DNA from: Acidobacteriota bacterium | GTDB taxonomy: Bacteria > Acidobacteriota > UBA890 > WLXD01 | Length of the DNA: 64,000 nucleotides | Direction of reading: 5' to 3' | Assembly (NCBI GenBank): GCA_965205505.1 | Contig: CBDBHB010000009.1 | Span: 224,001 to 288,000, forward strand | Shown: in pieces, positions 10,105 through 20,721 of the stretch | Layout: each line of letters begins with the position of its first letter | How positions within the stretch are numbered: position 1 is the stretch's first letter | The notes under the pieces: model-generated | Databases searched by the model: none | Told to the model about the DNA's origin: nothing | The model's input: only the letters and a program-made list of their open reading frames with translations | Program-made: the position numbers and the translations under genes

Positions 10105-10572
10105 TCAGTGAGCCCGCGGCGGGTACTCGAGCAGCCCGGTGTGCGCGATCAACTTCCAGTCACTGCCGACCTTGCTGTAGATCTTCCCGGCGCGCCCGAG
10201 CCAGTGGAAGTCGTTGCCGTCGGCGTGGCGCCAAAGTGTGTCGACATCGACCACCGCGAGCGCGCCGTCGGCCTCGCTCGAAACCACGATGCGCAGGGTC
10301 TCGCGCCGGTTGTGCACCAACTCGTGAGTGTCGAACAGTGCCTGCCATCCTCGCCTCCAGCGCACCTCGTCGTAGCGACCCCACTCGAGTACCCAATCCA
10401 TCGGGTCGTGCGCCTGAGCATGCGGCGGCCAGGGCCACACCATGTCGGGGTGCAGGATCGACATCAGCAGCTCGACGTCCTGCGTGTCCCAGGCGCGGGT
10501 CTCTCGATCCACGAGCTCGCCGATCGCGGCGACGGCTTTCTTTTGCTCGCTGCTGTCGTCTTCCACCATCAC
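10105..10572 (-). CDS. NTF2/SnoaL-like protein
   Basis: ETRAWDTQDVELLMSILHPDMVW and C-terminal WKLIAH pattern. Confidence 0.8.
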   Translation of the reverse strand: MMVEDDSSEQKKAVAAIGELVDRETRAWDTQDVELLMSILHPDMVWPWPPHAQAHDPMDWVLEWGRYDEVRWRRGWQALFDTHELVHNRRETLRIVVSSEADGALAVVDVDTLWRHADGNDFHWLGRAGKIYSKVGSDWKLIAHTGLLEYPPRAH

Positions 10573-10614
10573 AGCTCCCGTCGAACTCTTCTGCCTTGAC
10601 GACCGCCCTTCATA

Positions 10615-13273
10615 TCACTCGGTTCGCAACACGGTCATCGCGTCCAGGCGCATGGCCCGCCGGGCGGGCAGATAGCTGGCGGTCAGGCTCACGGTGAGCA
10701 GCACGCTCGATATGGCGATGAACGTCATCGGGTCGGTGGGCGCGACGCCGAACAGGAACGCGGCGAGCAGCCTGGTCAGCGCCAGCGAGCCGGTCAGACC
10801 GAGCGCCAGCCCCACCAGACTCAGACGAGCTCCCTGCGTCAGGATGAGCTTGGCGATGTGGCCGCGATCCGATCCGAGCGCCACGCGGATTCCGATCTCG
10901 TGCGTCCGCTCGCCGACGGAGTGCGATACCACGCCATACAGTCCGAGCATCGCCAGCATGCCGGCGACGCTCGCGAACAGGCCGACCAGAGCCAGCGCGT
11001 ACCGGTTCGGTGCCAGCCTGGCGTCTACGTAGGCAGCCATCGTTTGTACTTCGGCCATCGGGATCTCCGCGTCCATGTTACGCAGCAACTCACGAATCGG
11101 ATCGACCAGCGCGAGCGGCCGGACCTGACTCCTGACCACGAAATCGACCTCCCAGTCGACGCACGACCAGTTGCGCGAGTCGAAGTAAATCGTCTCCATG
11201 GGTGCCTCGCGCAGGCTCCGGTAGCGCACATCGCCCGCCACGCCGATGACCTCGAACTCGGTCAGGCCGCGTCCCCAGGGGTCGGCCTGCACGAGCCGCC
11301 CGACGGGATTCTGCCCCGGCCATGAGCGCTCCGCTAGCGCCCTGCTGACGATGGCGACCTCCGCAGCATCGGCCAACTCGAAGCTGCGCCCGGAACGGAT
11401 GGGAATGCCCACGGTGGCGAAGAAGTCGGGCGTTGCGAGCCGGTACTGAGACGGAGCCCGATCCTCCTCGGTGACGTCGCCGGCGACGTACTGCCCGCTC
11501 CAAATGTCGGTGAGCGGCAGGGGCCAGATCACCCCGGCCGAGGTGACTCCCGGGAGCGACTTGATGTGTTCCTCGAGCTGGCGATGGAAGCGACCGGGCC
11601 CGTCTGGCCATTCGTATCGCGCGCCAGGCAGCGAGATCGAGAACGTGAGCAGCTGTGTGGTCTGGAATCCGGGGTCGACGCTCCGGAGCCTCATCAAGCT
11701 CGCGGTCAACAGTCCCGCGCCGATAAGCAGGACTACGGAGAGCGCGATCTGCACGACCACCAGCGCGTCGCGTAGGCTCCCGGCGCGAGGCGTGCTGCGG
11801 TTACCGGTAAGTCGGGTCACGAGCCCCGTCCTGCCGATCATGGTGGCCGGTGCCAACCCGAACACCAGCGTGCATACGAGCGTTGCAGCGAGCGCGAAGC
11901 CGAGCACGCGCGGATCCACCGCGACGGCATCCAGGCGCGGCAGCCCGTCCGGACGCAAGCTCGCCAGCAAGTCGGTTGTCGCCACGGCGAGCGTGGTTCC
12001 GATCGCGCCTCCGACGAGGGTGAGCACGAGCGCTTCCGACAGCAGCAGTCGTACGATGCGGCCGCGCGGCGAGCCCAGCGCCAGTCGAAGCAACATCTCG
12101 CGTTGTCGTCCCTGGGCGCGCACCAGCATCAGGCCGACTATGTTGGCGCAAGCGATCAGCAACACGAACCCGACGGCCCCCATCAGCAGCAGCAACGTCG
12201 GGCGAACGTCGCCGACGACGGTCTCGAGCAGCGGCGCCACCGTCATGTCGAAGCCGGCCTCTCGGTATTCGGAGTGCTCCTTACGCACCTGGGCGGCGAT
12301 AGCGCCCATCTCGTCGCGTGCCTGCTCGATGGTGGCGTCGTCGTGCAGCCTGCCGAACACCTTCAACAAGCTGAAGCTCAGCCCGGTGGCGTCCCACACG
12401 TCACCGTTGGCCCAGACGTTGTCGGGGAGCTTCCAGATATCGATTCGGCGCGGCGAGCTCCAGACGCGCAGGCGGAAGTCGGCCGGCAGCACTCCGATGA
12501 TCGTGTAGGGGACCCCGTCGAGCGCGACGACCTTGCCGATCGCATCCGGCTCGCCCGCGAAAGTCGTCTGCCAGAGCCGGTGGCTCAGGACGGCGAGGCC
12601 GGGCGGGTCGTTCGCGGCGAACAGCCGCCCGTGGACAGGGCTCACGCCGAGCATCGAGAAGGTGTTGTCGGACACCCAGCCCACCTGCGCCTGCACCGGC
12701 GTCGGCACGCCCGAGAGGTTCTGCTGGATGTTGCGCACCGCCGCCACCTCGACGAGTGTGTCGCTGCTCGCCTGAATGCGGCGGAAGATGCCTCCGGAGT
12801 GGTTGCTGTCGTAGACTCCGTCGGAGGGGTAGTCGGCCCCGATGTGCACCAGTCGGTCGGGCTCGTAGTACTCGAACGGGCGCAGCAACACGGCGTTGAC
12901 GACGCTGAAGATCGACGTGTTCATGCCGATGCCGAGGGCCAGCGTGAGCACGATGACCAGCGAGGTGACCGGGGTGCCCAAGAGCGCTCGGACCGCATGG
13001 CGCAGGTCCTGTAGAACGGAGGCCATCATTTCGACTCCACCGCCGGCGGCGGTACGGGGATACTTGGGGCGTTGGCGGCGATACCGCGCGCGGACGCGGT
13101 GCGCCGATCGCAGGAGATCGATCGTGGTCTCGCACCAGAGCGCAGCACCGTGCCCGTCGCGTCGGGCAGCGTTGGCGCTCGACGGCCACATCGTGGCGGA
13201 TCTCGTCGCCGTGCAGGCGCCGGAACTTGGCGGGGAACAGGCGCAGGAGTACGCCCAGATACCAGTCGCTCAA
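10615..13273 (-). CDS. ADOP-type duplicated MacB/FtsX ABC permease, with an apparent 1-nt frameshift near 13150
   Basis: QDLRHAVRALL, LLIACANI and EIGIRVALG motifs. The prefix MSDWYLGVLLRLFP..FRRLHGDEI starts at TTG 13273, overlapping the padR stop, in another frame. Confidence 0.85.
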
Positions 13274-13617
13274 GCGCGCGATCCCGACTCGGGGAGGAGG
13301 TTGTTGGAGCGAGCGAACCGCACAATCTCGTCGAGACGCTCGAGCTCTGCCGCAAGCTCCGCCTGGCCGCCGGGAGTGAGCCGGTAAACTTTGCGCCGGC
13401 GCTCGGCAGGCTCGCCAACCACCTCGATCCAGCCGGCCTCGAGCATCCGATGAAGCGCCTCGTACAGCGTTCCCGGGCCGAGCCTCAGGGCGCCGTTGGT
13501 GACCGTCTCGACGTCCTGGCGGACGGCGTAGCCGTGGCGATCACCGCGTGCCAGAGTCAGCAGAATGTGCAGTGTTGCCGGCGTGAGCGGGGTGTGGGAT
13601 TCGTCGGAGGGTTGCAC
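13270..13617 (-). CDS. PadR family transcriptional regulator
   Basis: HGYAV..GPGTLYEALHRM..RRKVYRLT; usual partner of ADOP permeases. Confidence 0.92.
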   Translation of the reverse strand: MQPSDESHTPLTPATLHILLTLARGDRHGYAVRQDVETVTNGALRLGPGTLYEALHRMLEAGWIEVVGEPAERRRKVYRLTPGGQAELAAELERLDEIVRFARSNNLLPESGSRA

Positions 13618-13791
13618 GAGCGTTCTCTCTATAGATCGTCCACCGATATATCGGTGACCGATTATACGGTTTGCCCCATTCGTGGCGCAAGTGATCTCGG
13701 CTACGCCGGCGGATCCGTGCCGCCGGCCATCCTCGCCGAGGTGCGGGGCAAGTTGGCGGCGCTGATCGGATTGTGAGTTTCCGTGGCTGAG

Positions 13792-14490
13792 TCAGCCGCG
13801 GTCGGCGATCCGTAGGAAGTTGGCCATCAGTCGATCGGCGAGGTGGAAGCGGGCAGCTTGCGTGTCGGCGCACCGCTGGACAATGACATCAGCACTACCG
13901 CCGAATTCCTGCAGCTCATCGTCGTAGGCCTCGACCCACGCCGCCGCCTCAGCGGCGGAGGTCTCCAGGTGGAACTGCACGCCAACCTGGCGCCCACGGC
14001 GGAACGACTGCTGGCCGCCATCGAGACCCCGCACGACCACGACTCCGTCGGGCGGCGGATCGAAGGTATCGCCATGCCAGTGAAACACGGGGAATCGCGA
14101 CGGGAGCCCCGCAAGCAGCGGGTCCGCAGCGGTGTCCTCGACAACCTCCACCTCGTAGACCCCGAGCTCGCGGTAGCCTTGAGGACGCGCGCTGCCGCCC
14201 AGAAGGCTGGCGAGTATCTGCCCGCCGCAGCACACGCCGAGGCAGGCGACGTCCTGGTTGATGGCTTCGCGCAGGAAGGCGAGCTCGGTGCGCAGGAACT
14301 CGTGATCATCGGCATCGTAGGCGCTGATCGGTGTGCCGCCGACGAGAATCGCGTCCCAGGTGTCGTCGGCGGGAATCTCCGCGCCGGAATAAGGATGCAC
14401 CAGCCGACTCTCGACGCCATTGGTGTCGAGGTACTCCGCGTATCGACCGAACGTCTCAAGCTCGCAATTCTGCAGCAGCAGCACGCGCAC
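13792..14490 (-). CDS. Type 1 glutamine amidotransferase
   Basis: GVCCGGQ nucleophile elbow, WHGD and QFHLE. Confidence 0.9.
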   Translation of the reverse strand: MRVLLLQNCELETFGRYAEYLDTNGVESRLVHPYSGAEIPADDTWDAILVGGTPISAYDADDHEFLRTELAFLREAINQDVACLGVCCGGQILASLLGGSARPQGYRELGVYEVEVVEDTAADPLLAGLPSRFPVFHWHGDTFDPPPDGVVVVRGLDGGQQSFRRGRQVGVQFHLETSAAEAAAWVEAYDDELQEFGGSADVIVQRCADTQAARFHLADRLMANFLRIADRG

Positions 14491-14527
14491 CGAGCCCCCT
14501 AGCCTGTGAGCGGCCCGTCGGTGACCA

Positions 14528-14769
14528 TCAGCCGCTCGCCATCTGCTCGACGACCATGTCGCCGAGCTCGTCGGTCGGTATGGCGCCGGCGCTCAGCGAC
14601 ACGATGCGTTCAGTGTTCACCAGCACCGCGATTGCCGCCTCGATCGCCTTGGTTCTCGAACACCGGGTGCTGCACATAGACGTCCTCCGTGTTTTCGCGC
14701 ACGATCACCATGTCGATGTCATCGGGCCCCGTCTCCCGCGATGACGGCGACACGATGCGCTTGAGCCAA
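14528..14769 (-). pseudogene. Isopropylmalate/isocitrate/tartrate dehydrogenase family remnant
   Basis: Three pieces in order within ~240 bp: VAVIAGDG, DIDMVIVRENTEDVY and PTDELGDMVVEQM*. Confidence 0.7.
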
Positions 14770-14836
14770 GAGCTTCTCCCGTTGACGATGAGTCGAGCAG
14801 CGTAATCTTGCCGCGGCGAGGCGCCTGGCCCGCCTC

Positions 14837-16069
14837 CTACCGCGGCACTAGCCGGCCATTCCGTACCCAGATGTCGCCGTCGACGGTGACCGTGGCGTCG
14901 ACGAAGAAGTTCCAGCGTACGAACCCACCGCCGACGTTGCCGCCGAGCTCCGAGTTGTCGCCCAGCGACAAGCGGACCACCCCCGCGCCATACCCGTAGT
15001 CGGGGATCCAGGGGGCGTCTTCGGGGATGGCCAGCAGCGGGTTGAAGCCAAGCGCGAACTCGCGGAACGACCTTGCCGAAATACCGCCTCGTTGCAGCAC
15101 GGCCTCGGCGGCCTCGAGCCCGCTATCTGCAGAGGCCGACACCACCACACCGTCGTGGAAGGTCAGCACCAGCCCCTCGGCAATGGTGCTGTTCCACATC
15201 GATGGCGGGAAGGCGACGGTGCCCTGCACGGTGTCCTCGAGCGGCGCGACGCGGATTGCGCCAGCCGGGAGCTCGATCTCGCGGTCGATGAGGTTGCGCG
15301 CCTGTGCCGCGCGGACGGCAGAGGCGTCGCCGTCCTGGCGCGTTACTGGCCGATCGCCGATGCGGAACCGTAGATTGGTGCCTGCCGGGGTGGTGACCGT
15401 GATCTCGGCGTTGCGTATTGCCGCTTCGAAGCTGCGCTGCACGGCAGAGAGTGCCGCGTAATCGGTATCGCGCAACACCCGCGCGTAAAGAGCGTCGACT
15501 TCGGCATCGACCTCGCGCAGGTTGCCAGATAGGGCGTAGGCGCCCGGCCAGTGGAAGTGGATCGTGCGTCCGCGCCCCTGCCACAGCACATCTTGCATGG
15601 CGGCATAGACGAGGTCGGCCGGGGTGGTGTCGGGTAGCATTATCGCCAGATCGACGTCTGTGAGTCTCTCGATCAGCCGCGCTCGCGGCAGGCGCACCAG
15701 GCTGCGGGTGAACTCGGTGGGGTCTCCGACCGATGCGCGGCCTGAGGCGAGGATTGCGCCGAGATCGGTGCCCCCGGCCGAACGGATGCCGCTGCGCAGG
15801 CGGGGAACCAACGCATCGAAACGACCCGGCCGTGCGACCAGCAGCACTCGCTCGCCCTCTTGCAGGTCCGTGCGCCTGAGGATCTGCTCGGCGATGGCCG
15901 CGACATCGGGTTGCGGTGGCGGTGTGGCCGCGCCCGCCTCGCCCACGGTTGCCGCGGCCCAACTCGTCGAAGTGCCCAGCGCCACCATGCACGCGACAGC
16001 GCGGATCGGCCGCGCCGTCGGCAGCTGGCTGTTCCGTGTCGTCGATCGACGGGGTCTGATGTTTTGCAC
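14837..16069 (-). CDS. Aminopeptidase M29-like secreted protein (start possibly 15988)
   Basis: [28 protein letters not shown] and VRLSLGDN resemble the M29 fold. Confidence 0.6.
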   Translation of the reverse strand: MQNIRPRRSTTRNSQLPTARPIRAVACMVALGTSTSWAAATVGEAGAATPPPQPDVAAIAEQILRRTDLQEGERVLLVARPGRFDALVPRLRSGIRSAGGTDLGAILASGRASVGDPTEFTRSLVRLPRARLIERLTDVDLAIMLPDTTPADLVYAAMQDVLWQGRGRTIHFHWPGAYALSGNLREVDAEVDALYARVLRDTDYAALSAVQRSFEAAIRNAEITVTTPAGTNLRFRIGDRPVTRQDGDASAVRAAQARNLIDREIELPAGAIRVAPLEDTVQGTVAFPPSMWNSTIAEGLVLTFHDGVVVSASADSGLEAAEAVLQRGGISARSFREFALGFNPLLAIPEDAPWIPDYGYGAGVVRLSLGDNSELGGNVGGGFVRWNFFVDATVTVDGDIWVRNGRLVPR

Positions 16070-16128
16070 GGCAAGTCGACTGTTACGATCGCCCGACCGT
16101 CAAACGTGCAGATAGAGGGCGATCGACG

Positions 16129-16500
16129 ATGGAATTGGGAGCGTTTTCCGTCAGCTTGACGGTAAAGGACCTGCAAGCATCGCGTGAATTCTACGAGAAG
16201 CTCGGGTTCGAGACTACCGGCGGCGACGAGTCAGAGAGCTGGTTGATTCTCAAGAATGGCACCTGTCTGATCGGGCTGTTCCAGGGGATGTTCGAGAGAA
16301 ACATCCTGACGTTCAATCCAGGGCTCGGCCACGCTGCCGAGCAACTCGAGGAGTTCACCGACGTGCGCGAGATCCAGGCCAAGCTCAAGGAGCAGGGCTT
16401 GGAGATCGAAGAGGAGACCGACGCGGACGGCGAAGGGGCGGGCCACATCAGACTGTTGGATCCCGACGGCAATCCCGTGCTGATCGACCAGTTCTTCTAG
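16129..16500 (+). CDS. VOC/glyoxalase family protein
   Basis: [19 protein letters not shown] and DPDGNPVLI. Confidence 0.9.
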   Translation: MELGAFSVSLTVKDLQASREFYEKLGFETTGGDESESWLILKNGTCLIGLFQGMFERNILTFNPGLGHAAEQLEEFTDVREIQAKLKEQGLEIEEETDADGEGAGHIRLLDPDGNPVLIDQFF

Positions 16501-16558
16501 TCCGGCTCCCTGGCACCGCGGCCTGCTGGCAGGCCACACTTCCACCGTGGCCTGCTAG
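16497..16558. repeat. Two tandem copies of the CTAG-bounded repeat between convergent genes
   Basis: 16526..16558 forms a 12-bp stem (ctggcaggccac / gtggcctgctag); 16497..16529 is degenerate. Both flanking TAG stops lie in the terminal CTAGs. Confidence 0.7.
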
Positions 16559-17115
16559 GGCAGCTGACGCCACAGCCCGTCGAGATCGCGGCTCCGGGCA
16601 CGCTTGGTGGGCCGGTCGGCCGGCACGCCGACCCAGATGAACGCCACAATCTCTGCGCCATCCGGATCGATCTCCAGGATGCGATAGGTATCGGATTGCT
16701 GGATCACCTTGCTGGTGCTCCACTTCGACCCCACGCCCTCGGAGTGCAGCGATAGCATGAAGTTCTGGATGGAGCAGGCGATGGCGGCGTAATCCTCGCG
16801 CGCGATCACCGGGTCCGACTCGAGCGCCTGCGACACCACCATCAGATGCGCCGGGTCAAGGAACTTGGCGCGGATCACCTGGCGCAGCCGCTCGCTATCG
16901 CCCAGCTTGGCGACCTTGAGCCGCAGGGCAATCTTGCTCAGCTGCTCGCGCGTCTGCGCTCCGACGCTCACGAACCGCCATGGCTCGGTCATGCGGTGGT
17001 TGGGAGCAGCGAGCGCGGCTTCGAGGGCGCGCTCGACGGAGCCCTCGGGAACCGATCCCGGTTTGTACTTGTGAACCGTGGTGCGCGTCTTGAGCGCTTG
17101 TTGAACCTGGTTCAA
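16555..17115 (-). CDS. Nitroreductase family protein
   Basis: RTTVHKY, AAPNHRMTEPWRF and IQNFMLSL. Confidence 0.9.
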   Translation of the reverse strand: MNQVQQALKTRTTVHKYKPGSVPEGSVERALEAALAAPNHRMTEPWRFVSVGAQTREQLSKIALRLKVAKLGDSERLRQVIRAKFLDPAHLMVVSQALESDPVIAREDYAAIACSIQNFMLSLHSEGVGSKWSTSKVIQQSDTYRILEIDPDGAEIVAFIWVGVPADRPTKRARSRDLDGLWRQLP

Positions 17116-17654
17116 TGGGCGGTTTCTTTCAGCCTCGCGGCGAACTGCTTGCGCAGCTTGGCGAGCTTTGGGCCGATCACCACCTGGCAGTACCGCATAC
17201 CGGTGTTCCGCGCGTAGTAGTCGTGGTGGTAGGTCTCGGCGGCGTAGAACGTGTCGAGGGGTGCCACCTCGGTAACGATTGGCTGCGGGAAGACGCGCTC
17301 GGCTTCGAGTCGAGCGATGATCTCCGTCGCCAGCTCACCTTGCTCCGGGGTCTCGTAATAGATCGCCGACCGATACTGGGTGCCGACGTCGGCCCCCTGC
17401 CGGTTGAGGGTCGTCGGATCGTGGAGGCCGAAGAAGACCTCGAGGATCTCGCCGTAGGAGATGATCTCGGGGTCGAACTCGACGCGGATGACCTCGGCGT
17501 GGTTCGTGGATCCGGCGCAGACCTCCTCGTAGGTCGGGTCCTCAGTGTGGCCGCCAGCGTACCCCGACGTAACTGCCTCGACGCCCGAAAGCTCGCTGTA
17601 CACGGCCTCCAGGCACCAGAAGCAACCACCACCCAACGTCGTCGTTTCATTCAT
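17112..17654 (-). CDS. msrA: Peptide-methionine (S)-S-oxide reductase
   Basis: GGGCFWCLE, HDPTTLNRQG and GTQYRS motifs; ATG at 17654. Confidence 0.95.
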   Translation of the reverse strand: MNETTTLGGGCFWCLEAVYSELSGVEAVTSGYAGGHTEDPTYEEVCAGSTNHAEVIRVEFDPEIISYGEILEVFFGLHDPTTLNRQGADVGTQYRSAIYYETPEQGELATEIIARLEAERVFPQPIVTEVAPLDTFYAAETYHHDYYARNTGMRYCQVVIGPKLAKLRKQFAARLKETAH

Positions 17655-17798
17655 GCTGTCAGGGTATCCGGTCCAGTGGCCGCAGTCTGCCTGTGGGCGA
17701 GTTCCTTTTCCCGCGGTGTGCAAGTTTGGTGCGTTGGTGCGTCTCAGGGTTGGTTCAGGACACTTCGACCCCCTCACCCGCACAACAGGAGACACACC

Positions 17799-20162
17799 AT
17801 GGCTCCCTTAGCTGGCACGTCACTGCGCCGGAAACAGTCAACCTGCCGCGTTTGGCGCCCGGCGCTCGTCGTGCTTCCGGCGCTCCTCGGAGCCGCCGTC
17901 GCCTCGCCAGCGACGATCCAGTCGGGCGGGCCCGGCGACGTTTCGATGCTGTTCGCGGCTCGAGTAGCAACGCCGATCCGCCTGGTAGTCGATCCGATGG
18001 TCGAGCGCGTGCGCAGCGAGGTCACCATCCGTATCGACGCGCGCACTCGTCTTGCCAGCTTCGAGGTGCTCGAAGAGTTCCGCAACAACGCCGGTCGCGT
18101 TCTCGAGGGCGATTACCTGTACGCGATTCCGCGCGGTGCGGTGTTTCACAATCTGTCCCTGTTCGCTGGCGAGAACGAGATGCGGGGCGAGATGCTGCAG
18201 GCCGAGCAGGCGCGGGCGATCTACGAGGAGATCGTACGAAAGCGTCGCGATCCGGCGCTCGTCGAGCTCGCCGGCCGCGATCTGATCCGCGCCCGCGTGT
18301 TTCCGATCGAGCCGGGCGATACGCGCCGCATCATCCTGCGCTATGCGCAGGTGCTGCCGCTGCTCGGCGACGCGCTGCGCATGCAGTTCCCGCGTACGGC
18401 CAGCGTGATGGATCTGCGCGGCGACGGCCCCCAGGGATTTCCGGAGCCTCGGGCGGATATCCGACGCGCAACGCCAACCGCCCCGGCTCTGGCATCGGCG
18501 GTGCACGTGCGCATAGAGCACGCCTCGATGTTGGGCACCCCGTATTCGCCGACCGATGCGATCGATGTTGTTCGTCGCGACGGCAGCCTGGTCGAGGTGC
18601 GCCTGCTCGAAAATGAGCGTCGTCCCGGTCGTGCCGCCTTCGAGCTGCTGCTGCCGCGGCTCGGCTCCACCATCGGCGCCAGCCTGCTGGCGCATGCTCC
18701 GGATCCCGGCAGCGAGGACGGCTATTTCCTGCTGCTGCTCAATCCGCCGGCGGCAGACACCACGGAGACCATCGCTCGCGACGTGTCGCTCGTGCTCGAC
18801 GTGTCGGGATCGATGGCGGGCCACAAGATCGAACAGGCGCGCTCGGCTCTCGAGCAGCTGCTACGCGGCCTGCGCCTGCACGACCGCTTCCGCTTGATCA
18901 CCTTCTCCAGTGCGGTGCGCTCGTACGAGCCGACTTACGTGTCGGCCAGTCCCGAGAATATCGCGCTCGCCATCGAGTACCTGCGCCGCGTACCGGCGGA
19001 TGGCAGCACCAACATCGATGGTGCGCTGCGCGCGGCGCTGGAGCCACAAGTGGCCGAGGGCCGGTTGTCGATGGTGCTGTTTCTCACCGACGGCCTGCCG
19101 ACAGTGGGCGAGACCGACCCGGTGCGGATCAGCGCCGCGGCGGAGCAGCTACGAGACGGCGAGAGAGTGTTTGCGTTCGGTGTGGGCGACGATGTGAACA
19201 CCTACCTGCTTGATCGTCTGGTGGAAGCCGGCCGAGGCACCGTCGACTATGTGCGCGCGGGCGAGAACGTCGAGAGCGCGGTTGCCGCGCTCGGCCGGCG
19301 AATCGGTGCCCCGGTATTGTCGGATCTGCGTATTGTCTCGGCACCGGCTACCATCGAAGACCTTCACCCGACTCCGCTGCCCGACTTGTTCCACGGTCAG
19401 GAGCTCGTGGTTACCGGCCGCTATCGCGGTGGCGGTGTCGGTAGCTTGGTGCTCGAGGGCGAGCGTGCCGGCAGGCGCGAGCGGTTCGCGTTCGACGTCG
19501 ACTTTCCACATCGGCAGCGCGACAACGAGTACGTGGCGCGGCTCTGGGCGTCGCGGAAGGTCGGCGCGCTGACCGCACAGTTGCGCCTGCACGGCCCGGA
19601 TCGTGAGCTGATCGAGGAGATCCGTACGCTGGGTCTGCGATACGGCGTGCTCACCGAGTACACTTCCTATCTGGTGCAGGAGCCCCATTTGGCCGATGAT
19701 CGCGAGGAAGCACAGCGTCGCGCCCGGCGTTTGGCTCGGCCCCCAGCCGAGCAGACCGGCGAGACGGCCCTGCGCCAGGCGCTGGTCAGCAGCCGATTGC
19801 GCGCTGCGGCGTCGGTGAGCGAGGCCGATGAAGTCATGGCGGCCGCACCGCTGGTGGGCGGTCGGGCGAGCAAAGCGTCGAGCTGGCGGCGGGCCGGGAG
19901 GCGGCTGTTCGTCGAAACCTCCGATGGATTGCGCGACGTGCGCGCCGACTCCGGGTTGCCGGCGATCAGCGTAGCGTCGTACAGCCACGATTGGTTCGAG
20001 TTGCAGCGACAGTTTCCCGGTCTGAAGCACGCCTTGGCGTTGGGTGAGAGCGTTATCATCGCGGGTGAGGGGTTGGTGCTTCGCATCGAGTCGGGCGGTG
20101 CCCCACTGGGTGTGGCCGACTGGTCGTTGCTGCGCCGCGCCTTTGCAGCCGAAGCTCGATAG
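17799..20162 (+). CDS. Secreted VIT + von Willebrand A domain protein
   Basis: AGGAGA RBS before ATG 17799. VIT motif YEEIVRKRRDPAL; MIDAS DVSGS, T, TDG; C-terminal LTEYTSYL. Confidence 0.88.
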   Translation: MAPLAGTSLRRKQSTCRVWRPALVVLPALLGAAVASPATIQSGGPGDVSMLFAARVATPIRLVVDPMVERVRSEVTIRIDARTRLASFEVLEEFRNNAGRVLEGDYLYAIPRGAVFHNLSLFAGENEMRGEMLQAEQARAIYEEIVRKRRDPALVELAGRDLIRARVFPIEPGDTRRIILRYAQVLPLLGDALRMQFPRTASVMDLRGDGPQGFPEPRADIRRATPTAPALASAVHVRIEHASMLGTPYSPTDAIDVVRRDGSLVEVRLLENERRPGRAAFELLLPRLGSTIGASLLAHAPDPGSEDGYFLLLLNPPAADTTETIARDVSLVLDVSGSMAGHKIEQARSALEQLLRGLRLHDRFRLITFSSAVRSYEPTYVSASPENIALAIEYLRRVPADGSTNIDGALRAALEPQVAEGRLSMVLFLTDGLPTVGETDPVRISAAAEQLRDGERVFAFGVGDDVNTYLLDRLVEAGRGTVDYVRAGENVESAVAALGRRIGAPVLSDLRIVSAPATIEDLHPTPLPDLFHGQELVVTGRYRGGGVGSLVLEGERAGRRERFAFDVDFPHRQRDNEYVARLWASRKVGALTAQLRLHGPDRELIEEIRTLGLRYGVLTEYTSYLVQEPHLADDREEAQRRARRLARPPAEQTGETALRQALVSSRLRAAASVSEADEVMAAAPLVGGRASKASSWRRAGRRLFVETSDGLRDVRADSGLPAISVASYSHDWFELQRQFPGLKHALALGESVIIAGEGLVLRIESGGAPLGVADWSLLRRAFAAEAR

Positions 20163-20220
20163 CCGGAGTTGGGGTGCCGGGAGCCCGCCAGTCGGGCCCC
20201 TGGCGACCCAGGAGCAACGC

Positions 20221-20721
20221 GTGGATCTGGAACAGGTCTACAAGGAGCAGTACGGCCCCCTGGTCGGGTTCATCAACCGCAGGCTGGGGGACCTTGCGCG
20301 CTCCGAGGAACTGGCTCAGGAGGCCTTTGTGCGCGCCATCCGCAATCGACCCAACAACCCGCGAAGTTGGCTCTACACCGTGGCGGCCAACCTGGTGCGC
20401 GACGAGGGGCGGCGCATCGCGGTGCGGCGACACCACCTGCGCCTGGTGGTGTCATCGGTGACCGACGAGGCGGCCGCCGACGAGGAACTGGTGCGGCGAC
20501 AGCGACAGGAACGGATTCAAGCTGCGCTCGCCGAGCTTTCTGAGCACGACCGGCATGCACTGATGCTCAAGGAAGAGGGTTTCTCGTACGACGAGATTGC
20601 AGAGCGGCTTGGTCTGTCAGCGGGGTCGATGGGCACGACGCTCGCACGAGCGCGTAAACGACTGTCAGAGGCGTGGGATCGTCAACAACAACAACGAGGA
20701 GCGAGCGATGCCGCACGTTGA
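20221..20721 (+). CDS. ECF sigma-70 factor
   Basis: EELAQEAF..SWLYTVAANL (region 2) and GFSYDEIAERLG..TLARAR (region 4). Confidence 0.9.
   Translation: MDLEQVYKEQYGPLVGFINRRLGDLARSEELAQEAFVRAIRNRPNNPRSWLYTVAANLVRDEGRRIAVRRHHLRLVVSSVTDEAAADEELVRRQRQERIQAALAELSEHDRHALMLKEEGFSYDEIAERLGLSAGSMGTTLARARKRLSEAWDRQQQQRGASDAAR

Noticed and set aside
17115-17798. N-terminal extension of the 1015-aa ORF
   Set aside because: It is antisense to msrA; the real start with an RBS is at 17799.
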